Counted from the whole stretch's first letter, positions 9,621 through 23,257 are shown. The stretch is 63,817 bases of DNA, filler included, from Folioceros fuciformis (GCA_049999805.1; 11 parts of 11 records of this genome joined end to end with filler, not necessarily neighbours in it), one strand, 5' to 3'. Notes: generated by a model from the letters alone, not told the origin. Program-made: numbers and translations.

Positions 9621-12600
9621 ACATAGAATGGAGTCATAAAACAAGCACAACTTGCAGCTAATAAGGGGCAAGGTTCGGATTTCACCACTTCAGAAGTAAT
9701 TGGGGCTCTCATAGGGGAAGAAGCCACACGTGGCCAGGCTTGCACATCAAATGCTACAGCCCAAGGTTGAGCTCTCTTTGTGGTACGAGGCAGAGGGAGA
9801 GGACGAGGACGTGGATGAGGCCATCCTCCTTACAGCAATAGGCCATCTTCATCTTTTTCAGCACCAAGGAGAAAAGGAGCTTACCATTTGTGCCAAGTAG
9901 AGGGCCATTACGAGAAAGAGTGACATAGGAAAAAGGTTGGAGAGCCTAGGAGAAGACCACCACCTTCAACAAACATTGTACAACAAAAATCACAAGTACT
10001 CTTAGCAATATTTTTGGTTTCCTCCAAGAATGATACCCATAGTTGGTACATTGATAGTGGTGCTTCAGCTCATATTTGTCACACAAGATCCTTCTTTTCT
10101 GCTTACCACCCTTGTGAACTAGGTAGTTTCGTATTGCTAGGTGATGATAGTGGCCTACATGTACAAGGTAGAGGCACTATGTTGTTGTCCTGTGAGGGAG
10201 GCAAAATTTTGAAGTTAGAGGATGTTTACCATGTCCCACAAATGTCAAAGAATTTAGTTTCAGTTCGTAGACTTACAACATCAAATGAGTACAATGTTCA
10301 CTTTGTTGGAGGCACCTGCATAATCCAAGACATAGTCAGTCCTCCTAGTGTGTCATGTCTCTCTACTGGTTGTTCTTTTAATGATCTATATAGGTTAGAT
10401 TTGTCTCCAACACCAGTTACCAACATTGCCAATTTAACTCAGACTAAGCAATCTATGCTCTGGCATCATAGACTAGCACCTGTCAATTCACATAAATTAG
10501 TAACTCTCAACCAAAGCAACTTGTATTCAGAATCCCTACCTCAGTTTTCTCCACTGTCATTCTGTGAATCATGTGTTTATGCCAAGAGTCGTGTAGCTCC
10601 TTATCCTGTTGGTCCTGCTGTACAAGCAACCTGTTCGTTAAAACTGGTTCACACTGACTTTTGTGGTCCTATACCAGTAGCCTCATTCAATCAGTCCTTG
10701 AATTTTTTGCCCATTGTGGATGATGCCACTAGAATGACTCACATATTTTCTATGGCATAAATCAGAAGCTATGGACAGGTTTCTTGAGTACATCAACATG
10801 GCTAAACGCCAACTTAATGTCAAGCTCAAAGCCATGCGCACATATGGTGGAGGGGAGTTTGTAGCTGGTGCCTTTGCACATTTGTGCAACTCTCAAGGCA
10901 TACTCATGTAGAGAAGTGTTCCATATTCACAAGCCTAGAATGGTGTGGCTGAACACTGTCATCAATGGCTTATTGAAGCTGTTCGGGCCATGCGGAACAA
11001 TTCTAGGCTGTCTCAGCAATATTGGGCAGAAGCTATTTCAACAACAACCTACATTAAGAACCGACTTCCGACATCTATTGTTATTGGTGTTACTCCTTAT
11101 GAGGGTTGCACTGGCCGCAAACCCAACCTATTGCATCCACGAATTTTTGGGGCACTTGCATATGCACACATATCCAAACAAACTTTGTCAGAAGCTTGAT
11201 GACAAGGCCAACAAGATGCTGTTTGTGGGATATACTGAAGGAATCAAGGGATACAAGCTGGTGAATCCACAAACTCATAGGGTTACGTATTCTAAAAGTG
11301 TGGTTATTGACGAGCAATCTCTAATGATCAGTCGGAGAGGGAGAGAGATGGAGAATCACCCTGCAGCGTCTGAACTAGCAGATCCAGGCAAGGCTGTACT
11401 CCCTCTAGTTTTTGACCACCCTACAGATGTGAGTGGGAGCGATGATGACCTGCAGCTGTCTGAGTGGGAGTTTGAGGATTCTGGTAGCTCACAACCTGCA
11501 CATACTTCACAAGAGTCATCGCCCGTTAAGGTACCTTTTCCACACGCATAGCCTAAACCTTCTTTAGCTTCCCAAACCACATAGCCAACAGCCCCTATTC
11601 TGCCAACACCTCAACGTCTACTATCGGCCCATGTACCTGTAGCACTCCCTCCCACACATATGCCGCGGTCTGATTCGAATGATCTAGCCAATACATTGGG
11701 TAACCAAGCACCTGCAGCGCCTGTTGCAGTCACTCCACAAGGACGCGCAAACCCCCAACTTGGTTAGACTCTTATCACTTGGAAGGTACGCACATGGCAC
11801 CAAGGGAGGGACGTGCCTCCTCATGTGCTGCACCTGGGCGCGCATCTAATCATGCACCCTCCTCCTCACACACAGAATCTGTGCCCCAAGCCACATCTGC
11901 AGAGCCCGCTTTAGCTCTTGTTCCTACACCCTTTGTTTCACCTGCACCCATTTTAAATAAAAATAATAACTTTTCACTAATTGCCCCTTTACTTAATTCA
12001 GAAAATGAACCTATTATCGATGTTAATGTTTTAACTTTTGCACATGCCTCTTTAGTTCAAGCTTACATAGCAGCCATAGATCTCATTGAGCCTGCTACAC
12101 ATGAAGAGGCTCTGTCTAGACTTGACAAGGTGAAGCGAGAGACAACCATTTTATCTGAATATAACAGTTTAATAGAAAATAATAATTGGGAATTAGTTAA
12201 GCTTCCTTATGGTAGAAAGCCTATACAATGCAAGTGGGTGTTTCACATTAAATTGAAAACAAATGGTAGTGTAGAACGCTATAAGGCACGTCTGTGTACA
12301 AAGAGGTATAGCCAAGTTCCAGGTGTTGATTATCATGAAACATTTTCTCTTGTAGTTAAATTGCGGACTATCAGATACTTGTTAGCCTTAGCAGTTGAGT
12401 TAGATTTAGATTTACACCAAATAGACGTTACAACTGCATTCCTTTATGGTAAATTAAAGAAGGTTATTTATATGGGACAACCAGAGAGGTTCATTGATCC
12501 TAAGGCAAAGGACTTAGTTTGTTGACACTTAAAATGCATTTATGGACTCAAACAATCTCCTTTGAAGTGGTATGCTTATATACTAATAGCCAGGAGTTAT

Positions 12601-13120
12601 TATCAGAAGTGAAGACCACTCTTAGTTCCAAGTATAAGATGAAGGATATTGGGACTCTTACCTACTGTCTTGAAGTACAAATTACTAGGAATAGTTGAAG
12701 TACAATTACTAGGAATAGGGTAGCTCAATATTTATTAAACTAAATATATTAAGGAACTTCTTAGTCGTTTCAAGCTTGAGCAGCTCGTCTAAGCAGCTAC
12801 TCCACTTGCAGCTGAACAAGTCTTACAGATTACTAGGAATAGGGCAGCTCAGTATTTATCAAACTAAATATATTAAGGAACTTCTTAGTCGTTTCAAGCT
12901 TGAGCGGCTCGTCTAGCAGCTACTCCACTTACAGCTGGACAAGTCTTATCCACTTGAGAGAATGCTTCATACCCCTTATAGGAAGGCAGTAGGATGTTTA
13001 CTTTTCCTTAGTGGTTGGACTCCTCCTCATATCACTCATGCAGTTTCTAGTTCTACTGTATCGCAATTCCTTTCTAACCCTGGTTTAGCTCATTATGTTG
13101 CTGTGAAACGCATCTCGTAC
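9621..13120 (+). mobile_element. Degenerate copia C (late gag, protease, integrase, RT) with many stops
   Basis: WYIDSGAS, LWHHRL, VHTDFCGP, WAEAIST, CKWVFHIK, HQIDVTTAFLYG across broken ORFs; ~123-bp tandem duplication at ~12705-12948. Confidence 0.9.
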
Positions 13121-13139
13121 CCTGCATGTAGGACTTCAA

Positions 13140-15463
13140 TGTAAGTGATCCGAATAGGAAACCTATTACTTGAGGGTTTATGCACACTACACGCTCATTT
13201 GCGACTCACACCACGATTTGCACCCGGCTACACAACACGTGTTGGGAGAAGGGGAGCATAGGCTTCTGCACGGGGCTGGGCAGATTGGGAGCAACGTCCA
13301 CTCCTGTGAACTACCACCTGGGTTACCTCCTGCCTGCTTAATCCTCAGTTTTCATAGACGATCGCAACCGAAGAGCGCGAGGCCCAATGGAAGTGGTGAC
13401 CAAGCTCTTTGCTCAGAAACCAAGGTCCATGGCCGAAGGTTGGCAGCAGCCGTTGGGCGGACAGAAGGGGATGGACTAATGGAGTGACAGTCCAAGACCT
13501 GTCACCAGCAGCTCTTCATCCAAGAGGCATCAACCAACAGACATACCTCTTCACGTAGTACCCTGCATAGATTAAGGACGCAAATGAACGCTCAATATTG
13601 TAACTATCCCGACACTCAATGAAAACACATATCCATCTTCAATTTAATATGGTATCAGAGCCATGCCGTGATGAAAAGCCTACCGTGATGAAAGGCCTAC
13701 CGTGATGAAAAGCCTACCGTGATGCTTTCAAAGGCCTACCATGTGACACTGGTGCGCTTGAGGTTTCTGGTGGTTAAAAGCCATGGCTCAGAACAGGGGA
13801 ATACGCGCAACCAACAGCGCGGTGAAGCCTGAGACTTACAACAAATCCTGACATCATGTCAGGAGCTGGTGGAGTAGCCGGTGGAGGGACCGTGACAGGA
13901 GCAAGTGGAGGAGCCGCTCAACCTAACCCTGTATACCTCACCAGCTTCCGCATCGAAATCAAAGAAAAAGATAGATTCACTGGTACCGATTACGATGTGT
14001 GGTCTACGAGAATGAGAGGGCACTTGGAAGATGCCGATTTGTGGACAATAGTCGACGGATCGCTCCCTTGCCCTAATTCCGCAGGTCCAGATCTTGATCA
14101 CTGGAACAAATCAGACAGGAAAGCCAGAAACCTCTTAATTGCAGGACTGGATAAGGACATGGTGCATCATACCTTTGGTGCACCTACGTCCCACAACGTC
14201 TGGGAGCGCTTTCGCCAGATGTATGAAGCAACTGATCCACAGCACGTAGCCCTAAACTCTCTCAGAGCCTGAGGCGGCCATAGCCCTCCTCATGACACTA
14301 CCACAAAGCTGGCGTACCTTCACAGCCACACAAAACGGCCTTATCAAACAATCACAACTCGCGAAGAAATTAAAACTTGGAGACGAGATGACCCTCTCAG
14401 AGGTCATAGCGGCTGTCATAGAGGAAGACTCTGCCAGGGGATCCTCAAGAAGCGCTGCCCCAGGACATGCCTTGTTCATCTCAGGGCCAAACAGGCAAAG
14501 ACAACCAAGAAATAGAAACTGGCTAAGCAGGAAGGGAGGAGAGAGTTCGTCTTCTTCAGGCCCTGCCAATCCCTGTCGAAAAGGGAGCTGCAACTGGTGT
14601 AGAAAACTAGGGCACTATGAGCGAGAGTGCCGAAGTAAACAAGCGGGCGAACCAAGAAAGCCTGGTCCCCAAAGTGCTAACGTTGTGCAGCGAGTGCCAA
14701 CAATCCTCATCACTGCTCTCACACCCGGCAGTGACAGTTGCTCCTCATGGTACTTAGACAGCGGAGCTTCCGCTCACATATGTAAGGAACGCAACTGCTT
14801 CTCCACCTACAAACCACTGCAGGAGGGAGGGCTGATTTATGTTGCAGACAACCGGACTGCAAATGTTTGTGGCACTGGCACGGTTACCCTAACGTGCAAG
14901 ACTGGTGGCACTATAACCCTGACAGACGCGCTTCACGTACCTAAGGTAGCAAAGAACCTTGTCTCAGTGAGCAGCCTGACAGACGATAAGAAACATGAGG
15001 TACACTTCAAGGCCCAGAAGTGTGAGATTTCCTTGTATGAAAATCCTCTTGCGGTTATTTGCCACGGAGAGAAGGAGGATCAGCTCTACACTCTTGAAGC
15101 GACTGCTACCCTTGGATCAACCCTCTTGGCTCAGACTTCAAATAAATCAGAAGTGACAAAGCTATGGCATCTACGCTTGGGACATCCCAATCTGAAGCGT
15201 ATGAAGGAGATGCAGGCAGGTCAGCTATATGCAGAGCCTCTACCTGAGTTCAATGACTCGCTCTTCTGTGAGGGCTGTCTGCTCGGTAAAAGTAAAGAGA
15301 CACCATACCCTCGTGCCTCCACTCACCGTGCAACTAAGCTACTTCAGCTGGTACACATCGATCTCTGCGGGCCTATGTCAACTCACTCGTTTGGAGGAGC
15401 ATCTTACTTTATGCCCGTGGTCGATGACAAATCCCGTATGGTTCACACCTATTTTCTGCGTCT
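13140..15463 (+). mobile_element. Copia B: probable 5' LTR (~13140-13647), PBS, gag-pol to integrase; cut by gap
   Basis: PBS TGGTATCAGAGCCA at 13650-13663; gag from 13856 with deletion/frameshift near 14250; CNWCRKLGHYEREC, WYLDSGAS, LWHLRLGH, VHIDLCGP. LTR start is approximate. Confidence 0.88.
13666..13740 (+). repeat. 17-bp tandem repeat directly after the PBS
   Basis: CCGTGATGAAA(A/G)GCCTA at 13666, 13683 and 13700, partial at 13717. Confidence 0.9.
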
Positions 15464-16149
15464 NNNNNNNNNNNNNNNNNNNNNNNNNNNNNNNNNNNNN
15501 NNNNNNNTTAATTAATTAANNNNNNNNNNNNNNNNNNNNNNNNNNNNNNNNNNNNNNNNNNNNAACATAGCAAAGTCTAATAAGCTATATATATATATTA
15601 ATCATAAACTTAATCATTCTTACCACTAATTAGTACAAACTCAATAAGCTGGATTAGCACTAATTAATCTCAACATTAATCATGCTTAACACGAAAATCC
15701 ATCGAGTAGTTGGGTATAGCATGGTGTAAGTTGTTAAGTACCAAGTCCTATGACGAAAATCCATCCTTAGTGGACTTAAAAAAAAACATTTGTCTCCTTC
15801 TACACAATATGAGATATATGTCTCTTCATTTATCTTAGCCACCTAATCATGTCTTAACCCTAATTATCAAACTCAATAAGTTACTTACTTCTAAATTGTC
15901 AAATTCAATAAGCTACATCCTTAATGGTAGCCATAAGAAAGGACTCAAGCTCCAACGGGTAGGTGGGAGGTGCTAATCAAAGTAGGTGGGAGGTGCTAAT
16001 CAAATTGGAGAAGAAGACAATAGATCGAATTTCAACTGCAATTATTGTAGCAGCAATAGACACATTGTGAGAAATTGTTTCAAGAAACACACTGATGAGA
16101 GAACTCAAGGACCTTGCAATTGTGCTAAACAAATTCTTTATGTGTAGAC

Positions 16150-16460
16150 AACACAGTTTGAAGACACTTTGTGCTTGTCAAAATTCAAGGAATATAAGGA
16201 ACTTGTGGAGAATTAGATTGGCAAAAAAATCAAGGTTTCAAGGAGTGACAAACATAGGAGAGTACATACATAAGAATTTTGACGCCTTTTATAAAGATAT
16301 CAAACCATGTATTCCCTCTCCCTACAAACGTCAACAAAATAGAGTTATTGAACCTGAAAATAGGACATATGTGAAGTAAACAAGAAGTACCCTTCATCAC
16401 TAGCAAATGCATTATGAGTTTTGGGGCAAGGCCGTTGCAATTACTATATATTTGACTCAG
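16150..16460 (+). pseudogene. Highly degenerate copia integrase fragment
   Basis: KFKEYKELVEN*IGKKIKVSRSD...PYKRQQNRVIEPENRT...EFWGKAV resembles the integrase core. Confidence 0.65.
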
Positions 16461-17067
16461 GGTCAGATATAAAATAGTAGCCCTTGAGTTAGTTCAATGC
16501 AATGGTTAACATTGCAAGAAGGTAGCAACTCATGAGGCAGCCCTTGAACTACTACATCCTTGAATTCTTGAAGCAAACTGTGAATGACTTAGTTGGGTTC
16601 ACTTCGTAACATACCTTGTGTCTTCCATCTGGGAACCACAGCCATAATCTTTACTCTACGTTAATGAGTATCAACAAGAAATTCCTCTTCACTAGCCATG
16701 TGTATTGCCAAGGTTGTTTGTCCTCAAACAAATGAGATCCTAGGGATTGTGTTGTTCTTTAGGGTCCCCAACTCACATGGTTCTCCTCGTCTATGAGATT
16801 TGAGGCTCTCAAGCCTCAAGCCACTCCATTCCCAAAATAATATCACATCCTTGTAGAAGTGGTGTAACTGTACATATAATTTCATCCGGAAATGACCCTA
16901 GGGATAGAAAAACATTCTAAATATTTATGAATGTTCTCCATATGAACACAACCTAGTATTGAGGATGACATATTCACTAATTGCATCTCTTATGTTGATA
17001 CCTAGTATTGAGGATGACATATTTACTAATTGGATCTCTTATGTTGATAGTGACAATCATAATTGCA

Positions 17068-17453
17068 ATTGAAATTAGTTCTACTTGATCAAAAATAAGT
17101 CCATCCACAAAGAAACACCATTGGGAAGAGTGTCAGCACATCTACAATCGAAAACTAGTTCTACTTTATAAAAAACAAGTCCATCCACAAAGAAACACTA
17201 TTAGGAAGAGTGTCACTACATCTACATTGGAAAACTAGTTCTACTAGATAAAAAACAAGTCCATCCACAAAGAAACACCATTGGGAAAAGTGTCAGCACA
17301 TCTACAATTGAAATCTAGTTTTACTTTATAAAAAACAAGTCCATCCACAAAGAAACACTATTAGGAAGAGTGTCACTACATCTGCATTCGAAAACTAGTT
17401 CTACTAGATAAAAAAACAAGTCCATCTACAAAGAAACACAATTGAGAAGAGTA
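17068..17453. repeat. 80-bp tandem repeat, ~5 copies
   Basis: CCATC(C/T)ACAAAGAAACAC at 17101, 17181, 17261, 17341 and 17422. Confidence 0.93.
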
Positions 17454-17879
17454 TAATGATGCTCCTTAAATCACACTCCTTAGAGAAAAAGAAGACCTCC
17501 TCCTTAGCCAATGATGACATTGCCAATGATGTCATGTCTATATGTGTAGCAATGCATTGGCAAGTGTTTCAAGTATTCGTATGTTTCGAGTTGATATCAT
17601 TTGAGCTCTACATGCCTAGGGTTCACTCTACGAGGCAATGAGCCTTGTCCGCTCCTAAAGGGGAAAACAAGCGTAACAAATGAACGTGCATAACCAGTAC
17701 AATAGGGCAAGAGAAAAATAATCTCCTTAATTACTTAAGAAAAACTTAATCACAAGGGCCGTTCGTCTTTTTGTCATTCTTCCCTCTAAAGTTTTCTAAT
17801 TCTTGTACTTTGTTTTCTTTAAAAGAGAACATACCCCGCACAAAAACGACGCATTCTCCACCGCCGTCGGCAGGACGAG

Positions 17880-20061
17880 ATGGAAATGTGCCGTTATTTT
17901 GGAATGCCTGGTGGTTGTGTTCGTGGGGAGAGATGCTTTTTCGCTCACGGAGAGGAAGAGCTGGGGAGAGCAAGGCTCGTGACGGGAGTTTCAAAACAGA
18001 ATCAAGCGACTAACAAGGTGAAGCATTCTTCCCATTGCATCATAGCAATACACGCCGGGTCCCTTCGATAGCTACTTACTGTGTGTATATTTAACACGTC
18101 GACGCATGGTGCCCTGTTCGGGAGACCACAGCGAGTGACAGAGGATCTGAGCAAGAAAGTTTTCGTGGGTGGCCTCCCTCCCTCTGTCGAATCTGGTGAG
18201 AACGTTTCGCCGTGGACACATTCAGAACGACAGAAACTTGTATCACTTCGTCTCTAATAGGGAATCCATCACGTTCCTTCGGCAGAAGTTCTTCGGGAAT
18301 TGTTCGAGGAGAATTTCGGGCCTGTGATGGATGCCATAGTCATCGGCAGTCACTCTGGTGATCACATTCAGTCACGAGGCTTTGGTTTTGTAACATTCAA
18401 ACACGAAGGATCCGTTACCGCTGCGGTCCAGGCTCACTACGTCAGCATAATTGGGAAAAAGGTTCTTCTCACAGTTCGATTTGTCTGCTGTTTGTTGCCT
18501 ATCCCACAGAATGCAAGTTGATCCATAAGGTGCGGTGTTCAGGTCGAAATCAAGAGCGCGGTTGCTAGATCGGTGGTGCCAGGCGTTGATGTGGGACCAG
18601 GAAGCGATTTATCAAGTCGAGTTGAGGACAACAGTTCGCTCAACCTCTCGTTGGGATCCGTTGGTGGCGAGTCATTAGATGAATCCGAAGCGTCTTGGAT
18701 AAAGGTGACGGGATGCCAGAAACATCGGGCGCGAGTCCTACCTTTGCGGTCTGTTTTGGGCGTGGATTCGAATGCTGCAAAGTGTACTTCACCAAGTTCA
18801 TTCCAGACCACCGTGATGCCAGCGATTCAAGGATCACCTGCAGCTTGGGTTACAAAATTCAAGCAATGGCTTCCCGGATTTTTGATCGAGGTATCAAGCC
18901 GGTTAAAAGAAGGGGAATGGTATCCCTTGTCTTCACTGAAGGGCGACTTCAGAGCAACATGTGGCCTGGAGCTTGATCACGTTGGACTTGGCTATCACAA
19001 GCTGAGTGATTTTATTCGTTCCATTTCCGAGCTCTGCAGAATGAAAATAGTTCCAGTTGGCAGAGGTCCAGCTACACACATGGTGTTGCTTCCCTTATCT
19101 TCGAGGGCTCTCCCAGCTGCACATTCAAAAGGCTATGCAAGTGGTCAGCTTGTTTGCAGCTCTGTTGTCGACGCAGGTCGATCGTATGCCGCAGCAGCCT
19201 GCAGCACTCAGAAGAATCTTGCATCAATGCAAGTTGTTCCTTCCGTCGTCACATCATATCGGAGCTATCCAGGGGTTGTCAGTTCAGCCGATTCGAAAAG
19301 CAGTCTGATTGGTGATGCAGGAGAATCATTTTTTGAGGCTTCGTCGATTGTGAATTCCCGCGATACTGTTGGCGACCAAGGATCATTCCGGCACCATCAT
19401 CTTGCAAACCACATGGAGGTCGAAGATCACGAATGTTTTGCAGAACTTCTGGCTCTGCTGCGGCCTCCAGAAAGCCAGCCGATGGAAGAAAGATCTAGAA
19501 ACCTCCTCCGAGATAGACAAGCAAACCAGGCCTCTCACGAAACAGACATTGCAGACCAATCGGGCATACCTGTAACAAAAACTCTGGCTACCCATGCAGC
19601 ATCGCTTGTGTTTGATCATTCTCTTCCCAGGATGCATGCAAAAGACAATTTCCCTTGGAGCGCGTGTACAGAGTCGCCAACAAGCAATCTTGAGCAGGTG
19701 TGCGAACAGTCGTTCATTTGAAGCTCGGTGTGAGTTGAACAATCCGCAATTGCGTCTAACCCGATAGCGCGTCTCGCAGGAGTCACCACAGAGTGTTCTA
19801 CCTTCATCGTCGACTGAGTGCGGTCTAAAGCTTTCTTCAACATTGGCAACTTTCGCAGTGGGGGAAGTGGGGGGTGAAATTCAGTTCCTGGCAGGACTGT
19901 GTCCTATGTGTGAGCAGCGAAAAGCTATCTGGGTAGCCGTGCCATGTGGTCATCGTATGGTCTGTCCGATCTGCAAGAATAAGTTTGGATTGTCCAGGCA
20001 CAACGATACACAGTGCTCCATTTGCTGGAGGCAAGTACAGCGGTGGATTGCTCTCCATTAG
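17880..20061 (+). CDS. CCCH zinc finger-RRM-OST-HTH/LOTUS-RING(C3HC4) protein, 604 aa; exons 17880-18017, 18132-18195, 18286-18461, 18543-19697, 19780-20061
   Basis: C-x8-C-x5-C-x3-H (CRYFGMPGGCVRGERCFFAH); RNP2 KVFVGGLP and RNP1 RGFGFVTF; LOTUS-like PLSSLKGDFRATCGLELDHVGLGYHKLSDFIRSI; RING CPMC...PCGHRMVCPIC...CSIC. Four GT-AG introns keep one frame (1815 nt). Confidence 0.88.
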
Positions 20062-21559
20062 GAAGGCCCGTGTGGTTGCTTGGAGATCTACTCTAGGACA
20101 TTAGACTCGACAACTACTTGACTCCCATGTACTTAATCTTGAGAGTTGTCACATCATTATCAAACAGACCCTTTTGCTGTTTTAAACTCAATCCGAGGGG
20201 AGAGCCACGAAAAAAAGAAGGGGCTATGAAAACGGCTCTCTTGCCATCGAAAGAGGGAGACTACGGAAACCAATCACTCACATGTCATAATACCATGCAT
20301 TACATTTGTTAAGAGAAAAAATAAATATTAGAATAAAAAACAAAAATAAAAAGATACAATGTCAATACGATGTGTGAAGTACAACTTAACTCCTAACGGG
20401 CGGGACGACTCAATTTAAGTTGTTATGATAATACAAGAGGACTCGCCATTGCGTATTTGACAACCCTCTTCAACGAAGCCCATAAGGCAATTGATGTAGA
20501 TAAGTATTCTCAAACATCACTAATTCACGCCACAAGAGCAAGAAACCAACACACAACTCGCAATTTGTGACATTAAACAAGGCTTCACTTAGCTTTACCT
20601 TCTACTAACATTTGGAGATCACGTTCTCCAGGTGCTACTATTTACTCAAAATACATAAGCCCCAAAAGAGTGCCCTTAATACTATGACAGCTTTCTTAGC
20701 TAAGATCTCCACATCTATCTCTCAATACAAAGTCGGTTGCGTCCCAGAGGGGGCTGAAGAGCTCAAGAAGGTCGGTCACGTGTTTACGGGGAGTTGAATT
20801 TTGTCGAGGAGGGAGGAGTAGTGGCTACGGAATGGGATCCCGTTGCGGATCAGTTGGTATTAGGGTCAAGCATTACTTTGGCTTTTATGGTGGGGATCAT
20901 CAGTCCAAGTGGGGGTTCTCTGCGTGTACCTTCGGTTGCCCAGCTCAAGCGCAGCATAGAGCTGTCAAAACGTAAGCATGTGGTTGTAGACAAGAAGACC
21001 AGACTACGTTAGAACCCTTGGATGGGTCAATGGATAAACAGATCCGAAACTGTTGGAATGAGCCTAAGGGAGGTAGTTTTTGCAATGAAACCTGGAGGAA
21101 GTTGATACCAAGCTTGGGAGGGCAAATGTAAAGTTGGAGAATGGTGAACTGGATGAAGGTCAAGGGTATTCCTGAATCTAGCGAGTCTTTGCACTCAGCA
21201 AACTGGTCCAACTTGTGCTTGTACACCTTGTGCAGCCCAGTGATGCTTGCCTGCCGAACATGTATCTTACAAGAGTTCACTTTTAGCATAGCTGACCACC
21301 AAAGTGTGCAGCCAAGGAAGGCAGAGTTTGTTACATGGAGAGGTGCAGCATGTAGGTTTGCAGCCGTTGATGTGTAGCGAGCTAGCGGGAAATACCCTCC
21401 CTGGATAGTATCTGGAGTCTCAAAGCAAGCGCCACAGCTATTCGACAATGGTAGGGGAANNNNNNNNNNNNNNNNNNNNNNNNNNNNNNNNNNNNNNNNN
21501 NNNTTAATTAATTAANNNNNNNNNNNNNNNNNNNNNNNNNNNNNNNNNNNNNNNNNNNN

Positions 21560-23257
21560 GGTAATCCTTCTCTTCCTCCGACCACGAGATATGCGCAAAC
21601 GGAAATCTTTCATCCTCATCTGCCTGTCCTTCCGTGTCCTCGGCTGAAGTGTACCCCTCCGTCTCAGAGGGTGTCTCACCTGCGTACATATCCTTACTCC
21701 AAGACAGACACATTCTTCCTTCCTTAGCCTTTGGATCCCAGTCCACTGGTTTAAAGCCTACTTCCTTCCGCCCCCATTTAAACGTGCACCTGGCACCATC
21801 CATCCAGGTTCTGCCGATCAGCACCTCATAACCCGGGGCTTTCTGCCTGATCACGACATAGTCCATGAGGTAGGGGATAGTTCCAATATGGGTTAATACC
21901 CCAAGAATTTCTCCGACCGGTGCCATTTTTGACATATCCGCCAATCGCAAGACCTTGGCAGTGTGCTCGATTTCCAAACCCAATTTCCGGGCTGTGTCTT
22001 CCGTCATAATATTTACTCCAAACCCTGTGTCTAAAGGTACTTTCTTAATTACACATCCCGCGATTTCGATTTGCAGCTCGACAGGTCCTTGATCTGTCAT
22101 GGTTACCAAATTCACAGCGTGTGTCCTTGGTCGCACCCTTGGCAGACTTGGTTTCCTCCTTGGTTGTGCCATCTTCAATGCTCGCCTCAACTGCTGCCGA
22201 TATCGCGGTGTATCTTGGAGCAATTGTCCGAAAGTCACCATGAATTTCTGATCCATGATGGCTTCCGCCAAATCCAGCACTCGTGATCTCCCCTTCTCTA
22301 CCCCTGCCGTGGGTCGAGAGGTCGCATCCTTTGGCCCGTCCTGTTCCCTTGCTGGCGTGGTCTTGGCTGGCCCCCCTTTTGTTGCCGCATCCTCCAGCGA
22401 TTGATTCAACTCCTCTTGGATCATATCAACCACCTTCTGACGCACATCCGGAGGAAATCCTAATTTCCTCATTTCATCCAGCCGCAAATCCTTTCCTCCT
22501 TCTTCTGCCTTCGGGCCCGCCCCCTCCCCGGGTCGTCGTTCTTCCTCCACGCGCGGTGCTGACTCCTCGGCCTGGTCGCCTGTAAATTCCTCCTTACCCG
22601 AATTTTGAGGGGGTTCCTGTGTCCTTGACAATTCCTGTTCCTCCTTGCTAATCGGAGTGGCGGGGTCTTCTGAACTGGAGGATGTAGTTTGGTCCTTTCC
22701 TCCATGCTCCCTCTGCCCCGACTGCTTGTTCTTTGCTGCTTTTGCTCGTCCCCGAGTTCGGATGGCCATCACAGGGGCTTCCTCGTAATATTGTCCGTCC
22801 AAGCTACCCAATCCTTCCAACTTCCTCAACATGCTTCCTTCCGCATCTTCCCATACAGCCATTAATGCGTCCGTCACCGGTATCGCAGGAGGAGCACTTG
22901 GTCCAGGGGCCTGAATCACCGCTGCTTGGGTGGGGGCAATCCTCACGTGTTTCCTTGGTGCAGCACATAAAACACTTCCAGCCACATGGCCCATTTGCTT
23001 GCAGTCAGTGCACAGCCTCTCATAGTCCCCATTTCCTTGGCGCGTCGCCGAGGGACAGCTGTTCGCAAAGTGCCCTATGACTCGACAATTATAGCACTGG
23101 ATGGTTTTCAGCTGCGTCGGATTTCTGGGGGTCTGTCCTCGTATGGGTGCATTGTTACATAAATGTGGAGGGTAGACCGTCTTGGGGTATCCCATCATGG
23201 GCATCGTTTCCTGAATTTGATAGGCGTCCTCCAAGTAAGCCTCCTCCTCCTCTTCTT
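21560..23257 (-). mobile_element. Ty3/gypsy gag (C-terminal part) and aspartic protease; interrupted upstream by family X, cut downstream by gap
   Basis: Open frame with CYNCRVIGHFANSC, a second knuckle-like CTDCKQMGH, and LDTGFGVNIM...VLIGRTWM protease. Confidence 0.85.

Noticed and set aside
17068-17453. Repeat arrays as CRISPR (also 58559-58842 and 62320-62458)
   Set aside because: Head-to-tail units without unique spacers, no cas genes, eukaryotic context.
20794-21459. ORFs of 72-167 aa on both strands
   Set aside because: No recognisable motif or exon structure; left unassigned.
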